This document shows, one piece after another, positions 9,518 through 18,027 of a stretch of DNA of 64,000 nucleotides; positions within the stretch are counted from its first letter, which is position 1, and every line of letters begins with the position of its first letter. This stretch comes from Planctomycetota bacterium. Its GTDB lineage: Bacteria; Planctomycetota; UBA11346. The stretch spans positions 3,802 to 67,801 of the forward strand of contig JACDEI010000021.1 of assembly GCA_013816485.1 (NCBI GenBank), given 5' to 3'. The notes under the pieces are model-generated. The model was given only the letters and a program-made list of their open reading frames with translations, made no database searches and was not told the origin of the DNA. The translations under genes and the position numbers were made by a program.

Positions 9518-9955
9518 TCAACCGGCGGCTTCGATCGCAGCGATCTTCCAACCGAACCCCCCAATGAGGTCGGCCCGTTGGTTGGCGTCGCCGAGCACGG
9601 TCAGCACCGCGGCGTGGGCACCGACGGCGAACGCCACCGAGGATATCTGGGTCACGCGCGCCTCGTCGCCGTCGCTACCACCGAGTGTCAGCAGGCGCAC
9701 GGTGAAGCCGATCTTGCCGAGCTGTTTGCGCGCCATCAGCACCCCGCCGACGAGGTCCGATTTGAGGATCTTGGCTTCACTGTCGTTGGGCGGGTGGAGG
9801 AAACAGGTCGGATCGCTGCGCACCGCCAATCCTGGATCGATGTCGATCTGCACCTGGCGCGGGTCCTCGTGCCGGGTCACCCGCAGGGTTAACCATGCCC
9901 GCTGATTGGCGTCCGCGACACAGGTCAGTTGGACGGTGACGCTCTGATCGCTCAT
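9518..9955 (-). CDS. Hypothetical protein, possibly EF-G domain IV / ribosomal S5-domain-2-like fold
   Basis: 145-aa ORF from ATG 9955, codirectional with the ABM gene; fold guess from VRLLTLGGS...SSVAFAVGA. Confidence 0.65.
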   Translation of the reverse strand: MSDQSVTVQLTCVADANQRAWLTLRVTRHEDPRQVQIDIDPGLAVRSDPTCFLHPPNDSEAKILKSDLVGGVLMARKQLGKIGFTVRLLTLGGSDGDEARVTQISSVAFAVGAHAAVLTVLGDANQRADLIGGFGWKIAAIEAAG

Positions 9956-10020
9956 GGACACGCACCATGCCCTGGGCCGTTGGCCTGCCAAGGGCGGCGA
10001 CTGCGCAGCCTGCCCCAGGA

Positions 10021-10165
10021 GTACTACGCGCCGAAATCTCCTTTTCACACGAAGAAATTTCGGCGCGTAGTACGTGGGGTGCGGGGCGAAGCCCTGCAAC
10101 AACAGCATCCCAGCCCGGTGGAGCCGATAATGAACCTTGGTTCCGGCTCCGCCGGGATGGGCTGT
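10021..10165. other. Structured divergent intergenic region (17-bp perfect inverted repeat plus two more hairpins)
   Basis: GTACTACGCGCCGAAAT (10021-10037) / ATTTCGGCGCGTAGTAC (10057-10073); GCGGGGC-GAA-GCCCTGC; CCGGTGGAGCCG / CGGCTCCGCCGG. Confidence 0.75.
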
Positions 10166-10278
10166 CAACCGCTTACCACGCACCTCGTCGTACTCGCGCC
10201 ATGCACGCCTGCGCAGCAGGACTTTCCGGTGGCGCACTTGGTGCTCGACCTACCATCCCGGCCATCAGCCCCGCCCGG

Positions 10279-11928
10279 ATGGAAACGATGACCGCCCAGC
10301 AGTTGCGTGCCGATGACGAACGATTCCATGGCACGGTTGTCGGCAAGGAACTGCTCGATCTGGTGAAGATGCTGCACCGCATTTGCGCCAGCGGTGTGTT
10401 GCACCTGGAAGCCGATGCCAACCGCGCGTCGCTCTGCCTGGATGGCGGCAGCATCCGCTCGGCGTTTTTCAACGACCTCAGTGGTTCGCCGGCGCTCAGT
10501 CGCGTCATCCTCATCGGTCGTTCGAGCTTCACCTTCAAACTGGCCACCGCGCACACCGTCGCCGGTTATGCGCGCAACATCCACAAGGATACCGCGCTGA
10601 TCCTCACCACGGTCGAGGCCATGCTGGAGGATGCCGAGCCCACGGCGGAGATCCCCGTGCCCGTCACGGCAGCGGCAGCCGTCACCCCGCGTTCGACCCT
10701 CACTACCCGCCATGCGTCGCGCATCACGGTCCAGGCCCCGCCATCGCCGTCCCGGGTCGAACCGACGCCCAGCGCGGAATCGTCGATCAGCGGGCTCTAC
10801 CCGACCTTGGACGAGGCCCAGACGGAAGACCGCGGCGCGACCGAGTCGGGCTACACAGAGTCGGGCTACCCCAAGTCGGACAACACCGAGTCGGGCAACA
10901 CCGAGTCGGGCAATAAAGCGGCGAGGACTGTCCGTGTCTCGTCCTTCCTGCCGCCCGAACCTGGCGCGATGCTCGGCAAGTGTGAATTGTTGTCCGAGAT
11001 CGGTCGCGGTGCCAGTTCGATCGTCTATCGTGCGCAACATCGTGCACTCGGCGTGGAGGTCGTGCTCAAGGTGCTGATGCAGGAGCATGACGACGCCGAC
11101 AGTCACCGGCAGCTGACCATCAACGAGGCGCGGCTGCTCGCGCACCTCAACCATCCGAACATCCTGCGGGTGTTCGATTTCACCGACTACGGCCGCTGGC
11201 CGCACCTGGTGGTCGAACTGGTCGATGGCCAACCGCTCGCCCGCCTGATCCGCGACCGTCGCGTGCTGCCGACCGAGGAGGCCCTGCCGCTCTTCTGCCA
11301 GGCGGCCGAGGCCCTGGGTTACGCCCACGCCACGCTTGGCGTGGTGCACTGCGACCTCAAGCCGGAGAACATCCTGCTGACGCGCGATCTCCAGGTGAAG
11401 CTCGCCGACTTCGGCTTGGCCAAGTCCTCACTGACGGCAACGGAGGACAACCGCCTGTTCGCCAACGGCGCGGTCGCCGGCACGCCGAGCTACATCGCAC
11501 CGGAACAGGTCCAGGGTGGCCGCACTGCCTGTGATCATCGCAGCGACATCTACTCGCTCGGTGCCACGCTCTACCACACCGTCACTGGCCGTACGCCGTT
11601 CAACGATCCCGATCCGGTGCAGCTCATGGTCAAACGCCTGAGCGAAGCGCCGATCCCGCCGCACCTGGTCAACCCCAAGGTCGAACGCCGCATCAGCCAG
11701 TTCATCATGTCGATGATGGCGCGCGATCCGCAGAACCGCATGCAGAGCTGGGATGAAGTCCTGGAACTGCTCGGCGATCTGCTCGAAACCCTGGCGCCAA
11801 GCACCGACCGCTACCGCGGTGCGACCGAAGGCGACAACAAGGTCATCCGCCGGCGCACGTCGTTCTGGAACTATGTGCCGAACCGATTGTTCCGGCGGGC
11901 GTCGACGGATGCCAAGGACGTGGGCTGA
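10279..11928 (+). CDS. Hanks-type Ser/Thr kinase with N-terminal DUF4388/PATAN-like domain, no TM
   Basis: IGRGASSIVY, VVLK, HCDLKPEN, DFG, GTPSYIAPE, SDIYSLG; N-terminal ELLDLVKMLHRICASGVLHL. Confidence 0.92.
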   Translation: METMTAQQLRADDERFHGTVVGKELLDLVKMLHRICASGVLHLEADANRASLCLDGGSIRSAFFNDLSGSPALSRVILIGRSSFTFKLATAHTVAGYARNIHKDTALILTTVEAMLEDAEPTAEIPVPVTAAAAVTPRSTLTTRHASRITVQAPPSPSRVEPTPSAESSISGLYPTLDEAQTEDRGATESGYTESGYPKSDNTESGNTESGNKAARTVRVSSFLPPEPGAMLGKCELLSEIGRGASSIVYRAQHRALGVEVVLKVLMQEHDDADSHRQLTINEARLLAHLNHPNILRVFDFTDYGRWPHLVVELVDGQPLARLIRDRRVLPTEEALPLFCQAAEALGYAHATLGVVHCDLKPENILLTRDLQVKLADFGLAKSSLTATEDNRLFANGAVAGTPSYIAPEQVQGGRTACDHRSDIYSLGATLYHTVTGRTPFNDPDPVQLMVKRLSEAPIPPHLVNPKVERRISQFIMSMMARDPQNRMQSWDEVLELLGDLLETLAPSTDRYRGATEGDNKVIRRRTSFWNYVPNRLFRRASTDAKDVG

Positions 11929-11930
11929 CG

Positions 11931-12022
11931 TTCAGACCACAGGCTTCAGGCTACAGACCACAGGTTGTGGTTATGACGCCGATACAGTGCCCTGTGGTCC
12001 GTAGCCTGTAGCCCGTAGTCTA
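11931..12022. repeat. Inverted heptamer-repeat hairpin, possible bidirectional terminator
   Basis: TTCAGAC CACAGGC TTCAGGC TACAGAC CACAGG vs CCTGTG GTCCGTA GCCTGTA GCCCGTA GTCTA. Confidence 0.8.
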
Positions 12023-13747
12023 TTCCAACGTGAACCACTGCGCCTCGACGCGGCGGTTCTTCTCGGGGTCGGTGCCGCCCGGTTCTTCCCAGCCACGCCC
12101 GATGGTCTCGATGCGTTTGGGGTCGATCTTGGCGCGGTTGATCAGCGCCTGGCGCACCGAGGCGGCACGGGCCTTCGACAGTTCGGCGGCCTTGAGCGCC
12201 ATGCTGCGCACCAGTTGTTCGCCGCCTTGATCGCGGAACTGCGAGACCAGTGAATTGTCGACGTGCCCGCGCAGCAGCACCATCGAGCCTGGGCTGACCT
12301 GGAGGTAGCCCTTGATGGTGTCGAGGTACTTCTGGTTCTCCGGGCTGTCGACCGCGAGCTCGGCGGAGTTCGGTTGGAAGAGGAAGCGGATGTCCTTGCT
12401 CAGCAGCGGCAGGCCTTCGATGGCGCTGGCGGCACCGGATTTGATCGGCGCGATGGCAATCTTCTGGGTCGCGAACAGTCCACTCGCTTCCGCGGCTTTG
12501 AGCGCGCTCATCTCGATGAAACGTTCGGCATCCACCGGGTTCTGCATGATCGATCCGTAGGCCAGCAGCGAGGACTGGTAGATGCTGCCGAAGCTGCCGG
12601 CGGCATCGATGGTGCCGCTGAAGAACGCGAGGTTTTCCGGCAGGTTGCTGAAGTGCACGCGGGTCAGCTCTTCTTTGGCCTTGGCCGCGGTCCACGGGCT
12701 GTCCTTGGTGCTGAACGCTTTGGCGATCAGTCCGAGGTGCGGGGTCGGATCGTCGCGCAGCAGTTGATTGCCGGCGATGATACCAGCGACCAGGCCCTGC
12801 ACCGCTTTGGGATTGGCCTCGGCGAACCCTTTGTTCACCACCAGGATGTCAGCGATCACCAGCAGGTTCTTGTTCGACACCAGCAGGCGCGCTTTGCCTT
12901 TCGAGGCTTCGATGACTTCGAAGGTCTTGGGTGCCCAGCCGACGTAACCGGCCAGACGCGGTTTCGTCTGGGTCAGTTCCATCGCGAACACGTCGCCGGC
13001 GATGTCGATGTCCTCGCAGAACACCACGCCGATTTTGTCTTTGGGCGGCGGCACCGACAGATCGGGCATGATCATCACGTCGAGGCCGGCTTCCTGCGCC
13101 AGGTAGCGCAACAGGAACTCCGCCTCCGTGAACTGAGTGGTGACCAGCACCTTGCCACCAAGGTCGTTGACCTTCTTGATGTCGCTGGTCACCACGATGC
13201 CATCCGCGCCGCGGCTGAAGGCGATCTGCACCGGCGCGGTGACGTTGAACTGGCGACCCATCACCGCGAGCACGTCGACGGTGGTGGCGGTGGCGGCCAT
13301 CTTGCCGTTGTTGAGTGGCGACCAGTTCTCGCCCTCACTGAGGGAGAGTTTCACCGAGATGCCGAACTGCTTGGTGAAGATCGACTCGGGATTGGGCTCC
13401 AGGCCGCCGTTGGCGACGATCAGGCCGGCGTAGCCGGCGTATTCGCTGATGTCGACCTCGATGATGTTGTTCTTCGGCGTGTAGGTCGCTGCGGCCTCCA
13501 GGCGCGGGGGCGCGGAGAGCGGCTCCATCAATTCGCTGATCGGCTCGGCGGCACCTGGGTTGCCTGCCGCGGGACGTGGCTCACTGGTGGTGGTCGCCAC
13601 GCCGCCGGGTTTCCCGCCGGTCTCCTTGGTGGGTTCAGGTTGCAGCAGCACGTAGGCGCCGACCGCGATCAGACCGACCACCATCAGGAAGGAGATGAAC
13701 AGGCCCAGGCCGGTGAGTCCGGCGCCGCGACGGGAGAGGGTGGTCAT
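12020..13747 (-). CDS. NMT1/TauA-like ABC substrate-binding domain fused to a C-terminal OmpA-like domain, N-terminal membrane anchor
   Basis: AFSRGADGIV, LVIADILVV; C-terminal LRGHVD...ELSKARAASV...GRGWEEP...NRRVE. Confidence 0.88.
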   Translation of the reverse strand: MTTLSRRGAGLTGLGLFISFLMVVGLIAVGAYVLLQPEPTKETGGKPGGVATTTSEPRPAAGNPGAAEPISELMEPLSAPPRLEAAATYTPKNNIIEVDISEYAGYAGLIVANGGLEPNPESIFTKQFGISVKLSLSEGENWSPLNNGKMAATATTVDVLAVMGRQFNVTAPVQIAFSRGADGIVVTSDIKKVNDLGGKVLVTTQFTEAEFLLRYLAQEAGLDVMIMPDLSVPPPKDKIGVVFCEDIDIAGDVFAMELTQTKPRLAGYVGWAPKTFEVIEASKGKARLLVSNKNLLVIADILVVNKGFAEANPKAVQGLVAGIIAGNQLLRDDPTPHLGLIAKAFSTKDSPWTAAKAKEELTRVHFSNLPENLAFFSGTIDAAGSFGSIYQSSLLAYGSIMQNPVDAERFIEMSALKAAEASGLFATQKIAIAPIKSGAASAIEGLPLLSKDIRFLFQPNSAELAVDSPENQKYLDTIKGYLQVSPGSMVLLRGHVDNSLVSQFRDQGGEQLVRSMALKAAELSKARAASVRQALINRAKIDPKRIETIGRGWEEPGGTDPEKNRRVEAQWFTLE

Positions 13748-13804
13748 GGGAGGCTCCTTGAGGGATGCAGAGTTCAGAAGGCAGAAGGCAGAATGGAATA
13801 GCGC

Positions 13805-14662
13805 TCAGCCGCGCTGGGTCGGTTTCTTGCTCGTGGCGGCGAACAGCGCGGCGGGGGGCGGCGCGGTGGTGAGGTCCTCGACCTCGCCGAGCACCTGTCG
13901 CTGGTCGGACAGCCAGCGGGTGGTCTCGCCGAGGGTCGCGCCGAGGGCATCGATGGTGCGGCTGGCCCCACTGGCGTCGGCGCTGAGCGCGGTCTGCTCG
14001 CGCACCAGTTCGACCTGCTGGCGCAGGCGCTCCAACTCGGCGTCGATCAACGCGAGCTGATCGCGCACGCTGGTGTGGCTGGCCTGACGTGAGTTGAGGA
14101 TCTCTAGCTGGCTCGCCAGGCTGTTTTTCAAACCTTCGCTGGTGCTCGGATCGGCGATGCGTTTCTGCAGATCGCGGATGCGTTTCGCCACCTCGGCCGG
14201 CGGTTCGGCTTCGGACACCACGCGGTCGAGCCGGTTGCGCGACAGCAGTAGGCGCAGGTGCACCCACGCGAGTTGCGCCAGGCTCTCGGCCTGTGCGCCG
14301 TCGAGCGTCGCCTCGTCACCATCCTGTCCGTGCGTCAGCACGGCACGGCAGCGTTCTTCGAGCGCTTCCTGGCGTTTGCGCTCGTCAGCGGGCAGACGTT
14401 CGATCAGTGCAGCGCGTTTGCTCTCCCACGTGCCGCTAGCGGCCTGCAGATGCGCGGCGTCAACCGTGGCGCGGAAGCGCGCGCTGGAGGTCAGCGCCAG
14501 CAGGTAGCCCAGCTCCAGTCCGGCACCGATCAGCCAGAAGCCGGGATTCACCAAGCCGAGCAAACCCGCCGCCGCGAGGCCCACCCAGTTGGGTGGCAGC
14601 GGCATGCCGAGCGGACGCGCGTTGAACGCGGCGCCGAGGTAGGTGAGGAAGCCGGGTTTCAT
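13805..14662 (-). CDS. Conserved hypothetical membrane protein with coiled coil
   Basis: Two N-terminal hydrophobic segments followed by a helical heptad region; likely operon with the OmpA fusion. Confidence 0.75.
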   Translation of the reverse strand: MKPGFLTYLGAAFNARPLGMPLPPNWVGLAAAGLLGLVNPGFWLIGAGLELGYLLALTSSARFRATVDAAHLQAASGTWESKRAALIERLPADERKRQEALEERCRAVLTHGQDGDEATLDGAQAESLAQLAWVHLRLLLSRNRLDRVVSEAEPPAEVAKRIRDLQKRIADPSTSEGLKNSLASQLEILNSRQASHTSVRDQLALIDAELERLRQQVELVREQTALSADASGASRTIDALGATLGETTRWLSDQRQVLGEVEDLTTAPPPAALFAATSKKPTQRG

Positions 14663-14714
14663 CGCGCGGGAATATGCGGGCCCAATGGCGTTGGCGCAAC
14701 GCCGATCGGTGAGA

Positions 14715-15005
14715 TCACGAACCCGTGCCCGCCGGCAGGTTTAAGGCCACCACGACGATTCCGGCAATAATCGCGCCAATGATCATTAGTCCGATCAGCT
14801 GGACGAGGTCGGAACGAAGGTATCGGCGTTCGGTTCGTATCCAGGTCCACGGCGGTTTGCTTTTGCCGCGTTTCTTCCGGCGTACGCCCCACTCATCATC
14901 GAGAGAGCAACGGAAACCAAAGGGCAAGACGGCGAATTTCCCGACCCAATAACACGCCACTTCGATGACTCCACGCAGGACGAACTCGACGAGTTCCTCA
15001 ATCAT
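14715..15005 (-). CDS. Small hypothetical membrane protein
   Basis: 96 aa, hydrophobic C-terminus, lower GC than flanks. Confidence 0.55.
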   Translation of the reverse strand: MIEELVEFVLRGVIEVACYWVGKFAVLPFGFRCSLDDEWGVRRKKRGKSKPPWTWIRTERRYLRSDLVQLIGLMIIGAIIAGIVVVALNLPAGTGS

Positions 15006-15024
15006 GGTTGATCCTGCGCATGGA

Positions 15025-15573
15025 TCAGCCGCTGGGTTTCAGCGCCGCGATGAACGCCACGAAGCCCTTGGCCTGCGTCTGCAGACGTTCGATCAGCGCC
15101 ACGTCGTTCAGCTTCTGATCCGGGCCGATGACTTTGTGCACGCCGCCGACGAACACGCGGATGGGGTACATGTACGCGTTGCGGTACCCGGCAACGCCCT
15201 GGAAATGTTCGACCGCGCGCAGCGCCTGGAAATTGCCTGCGGCGATGCCGATGAAGGCGCAGGGACGCTGATTGAAGCTGATCTTGTCGGGCAGCATGTC
15301 GGCGAACAGTTTGAGCACGCCTGGGTAGCTGCCGTTGTATTCCGGAATGACGAACACCACGCCGTCGCCTTTGAGGAAACGGTCGACCCGACTGGTGATC
15401 GCTGCGGTGTGGTGTTGGTAGGCGGTGGGTGCGAGGAAGTCCGCCTCCAGGTGCAGCTCCAGCAGATCGGTCGAGCAGCCAAGCGCATCGTAGTCGCTTT
15501 GCACCTGACGGGCGAGGTGGAGAGAGTTGGAACCAGCGCGGTTGGTACCTGGGACGATGACGATGTGGGGCAT
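15025..15573 (-). CDS. NAD(P)H-dependent FMN reductase (ChrR/SsuE family)
   Basis: GTNRAGSNS and PEYNGSYPGVLKLFAD motifs. Confidence 0.92.
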   Translation of the reverse strand: MPHIVIVPGTNRAGSNSLHLARQVQSDYDALGCSTDLLELHLEADFLAPTAYQHHTAAITSRVDRFLKGDGVVFVIPEYNGSYPGVLKLFADMLPDKISFNQRPCAFIGIAAGNFQALRAVEHFQGVAGYRNAYMYPIRVFVGGVHKVIGPDQKLNDVALIERLQTQAKGFVAFIAALKPSG

Positions 15574-15680
15574 GGCGGAGGAGTAGAGCGTGGTTCCCTG
15601 CGCTGGCCAGAAGCGAGCACTCGGATGCACCACGGTTCTTGGTTTGACTGATCAACGTTGGCGCTGAGCGTGCGCGCCGC

Positions 15681-17060
15681 GTGAGCACTCCTGAGCATCC
15701 AGTGACATCTCCTACGGCAGTCAGCTTCCGCGAAGCGCTCGCCGTGTGGTTCAAGGTCGGTCTGCTCAGCTTCGGCGGCCCGGCCGGACAGATCGCGCTG
15801 ATGCACCGCATCTTGGTCGAGGAGAAGCGCTGGATCGGTGAGGAGCGTTTTCTCCACGCGCTCAACTACTGCATGCTGTTACCTGGACCGGAGGCGCAGC
15901 AGCTCGCCTGTTACGTCGGCTGGCTGCTGCACCGCACCTGGGGTGGCATCGTCGCCGGCGCGTTGTTCGTCGCGCCGGGGTTCCTGGTGGTGTTGGCGCT
16001 CAGTTTCCTCTACGTCACCGCGCACGACACGCCGTTGGTGGCGGCGTTGTTCTATGGGCTCAAACCGGCGGTGATCGCCATCGTGCTCGCGGCGCTGCTC
16101 AGGATCGGGCGACGGGCGCTGACTAATCGCGTGATGCTGGTGCTGGCAGCGTTGGCGTTCCTCGCCATCGCCGTGCTGCACCTGCCGTTCCCGCTCATCG
16201 TCGGTGGCGCGTTGGTGATCGGCTTCATCGGTGGTCGTCGGTGGCCGGCGGTGTTCGCGCTCAAATCATCTCACGGCTCCGCTGCCGGCGGTGTGGTTGG
16301 CATCGCTGGCATCGCCGATCACGCGGCCCATCACCGCACCGCCGGTTGGGCGTATGTCCTCGGGCAGATCGTGCTGTGGGGCACGTTGTGGCTGGCGCCG
16401 GTGGCGGGCCTGTGGTGGTTCCTCGGTGGCGACCACGTGCTGACCAAGCTCGCGACGTTCTTTAGCCAAGCGGCGGTGGTGACCTTTGGCGGCGCCTACG
16501 CCGTGCTCGCCTACATCGGTCAGGCGGCGGTCGGCACGTACGGCTGGCTGCAACCCGGCGAGATGCTCGACGGCCTGGGCATGGCCGAGACCGCGCCCGG
16601 CCCGCTGATCAAGGTGGTGCAGTTTGTCGGCTTCCTGGGCGCACATCGTCAGCCTGGGGACATTGATCCGCTGTTGATGGCGACGCTCGGCGCGCTGCTG
16701 GTGACCTGGGTGACGTTCATCCCGTCGTACCTCTACATCTTCGCCGGCGCGCCGTTCATCGAACGCCTGCGCGGCAATGTTGCGCTCAGCGCCGCGCTTG
16801 CTGCGGTCACCGCGGCGGTGGTGGGGGTGATTCTCAACCTCGCGTTGTGGTTCGCGCTGCATGTGGTGTTCCGCGAGTTGCACGTCGTCACCTGGGGCGA
16901 GTTGCACGTCGATGTACCGGTATGGAGTACCATCGACTGGGCCGCGCTGGTGCTCTCGGTGGCAGCGAGCGTCGCCATGCTGCGTTTCAAATTCGGCATG
17001 CTGACGGTGCTGGCCGCGAGCGTCGTCGTTGGTGGAGCGTGGCACCTCATCAGCGGATGA
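15681..17060 (+). CDS. chrA: Chromate efflux transporter (long-chain CHR)
   Basis: SFGGPAGQI, LLPGPEAQQL, TFGGAYAVL, ETAPGP; two CHR halves. Confidence 0.95.
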   Translation: MSTPEHPVTSPTAVSFREALAVWFKVGLLSFGGPAGQIALMHRILVEEKRWIGEERFLHALNYCMLLPGPEAQQLACYVGWLLHRTWGGIVAGALFVAPGFLVVLALSFLYVTAHDTPLVAALFYGLKPAVIAIVLAALLRIGRRALTNRVMLVLAALAFLAIAVLHLPFPLIVGGALVIGFIGGRRWPAVFALKSSHGSAAGGVVGIAGIADHAAHHRTAGWAYVLGQIVLWGTLWLAPVAGLWWFLGGDHVLTKLATFFSQAAVVTFGGAYAVLAYIGQAAVGTYGWLQPGEMLDGLGMAETAPGPLIKVVQFVGFLGAHRQPGDIDPLLMATLGALLVTWVTFIPSYLYIFAGAPFIERLRGNVALSAALAAVTAAVVGVILNLALWFALHVVFRELHVVTWGELHVDVPVWSTIDWAALVLSVAASVAMLRFKFGMLTVLAASVVVGGAWHLISG

Positions 17061-17068
17061 GGCCGTCC

Positions 17069-17184
17069 CCTGGGGGCGTGGGCGGCCCGCCCGCGCAGAA
17101 CGTCCGGTCACCGGCGATCCTCTGGAGATATGCGATCCTTGATGGTCTGAGGCGTCGCGCGGGCGGGCCGCCCACGCCCCCAGG
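17069..17184. repeat. REP/REPIN-like element: 28-bp perfect inverted repeat with 60-bp spacer
   Basis: CCTGGGGGCGTGGGCGGCCCGCCCGCGC ... GCGCGGGCGGGCCGCCCACGCCCCCAGG; second copy at 20447. Confidence 0.88.
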
Positions 17185-17215
17185 AGTCACCGCGATGTGC
17201 GGGTCACCGCGCGAC

Positions 17216-17710
17216 TCACAACCGGTATTCGAGGTACACCAGATCGAGCCAGCGGTCGAATTTGAAGCCGACCTCGGTGAGGCGACCACGCTCGGTGAAA
17301 CCCATGGATTCATGCAGGGCGAGGCTCGGCTCCTGATCCCCGGAGATCGCGGCGATGACGCGGTGATGGCCCAGGTCCTTCGCGCGCTTCAGCAGTTCGA
17401 CGAGGATCGCCTTGCCGATGCCACGGCGGTGGAAGTCCTGATGGATGTAGAGCGATTCTTCGACCGTACGCGCGAACGCGGCACGGGCATGGAATGGTGA
17501 GAGCGAACCCCAGCCGACCACGCGGCCGTCGAGTTCAGCCACGATCACCGGATGCTGAGGACCGTGCGCGGCGAACCACAAGGCGCGTTCAGCGTCGGTG
17601 CTGGGTTCGGTTTGATATGTGGCAGTAGAGTGGAGGACGGAGTGGGTGTAGATGGCGTTGATGGTGTTCAGAACGTCTGTTGTCGCAGGCCGAATGGAGA
17701 GGTTGGTCAT
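17216..17710 (-). CDS. GNAT N-acetyltransferase (YncA/phosphinothricin acetyltransferase-like)
   Basis: AIYTHSV, TVEESLYI, RRGIGKA, SLALHESMGF, VGFKFDRWLD. Confidence 0.92.
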   Translation of the reverse strand: MTNLSIRPATTDVLNTINAIYTHSVLHSTATYQTEPSTDAERALWFAAHGPQHPVIVAELDGRVVGWGSLSPFHARAAFARTVEESLYIHQDFHRRGIGKAILVELLKRAKDLGHHRVIAAISGDQEPSLALHESMGFTERGRLTEVGFKFDRWLDLVYLEYRL

Positions 17711-17723
17711 TACTTCAACAATC

Positions 17724-18002
17724 TCATAGTGATTCCCAACGATTATGATAAGAGGGGATCTTTTTCCCACAGCCGAGGCATTGGGATTTGTGGAAAACTC
17801 CGCCAAACCGCTTGCCTGTCGTTTGATTCAATCCAGTCCAAGAACCACCGTCAGTAACTTTAAGTGATGTTTTATCGCAGGAGGGGCACACCAGTTTGGG
17901 AGGGAACCCACGCTTTGGTGCCCATTTTGGATGCCGATAAATCCACCCGACGAAAATCAGTAGACCGATCACCACTACGGCGATGCCGGAAGGAGTGATC
18001 AC
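17724..18002 (-). CDS. Small membrane-anchored zinc-ribbon-like hypothetical protein
   Basis: N-terminal hydrophobic stretch, CPSC...CLGC pairs, low-GC segment; GTG start uncertain. Confidence 0.5.
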   Translation of the reverse strand: MITPSGIAVVVIGLLIFVGWIYRHPKWAPKRGFPPKLVCPSCDKTSLKVTDGGSWTGLNQTTGKRFGGVFHKSQCLGCGKKIPSYHNRWESL

Positions 18003-18027
18003 CTGCACGGCTTGTGCCCCGATTGGC

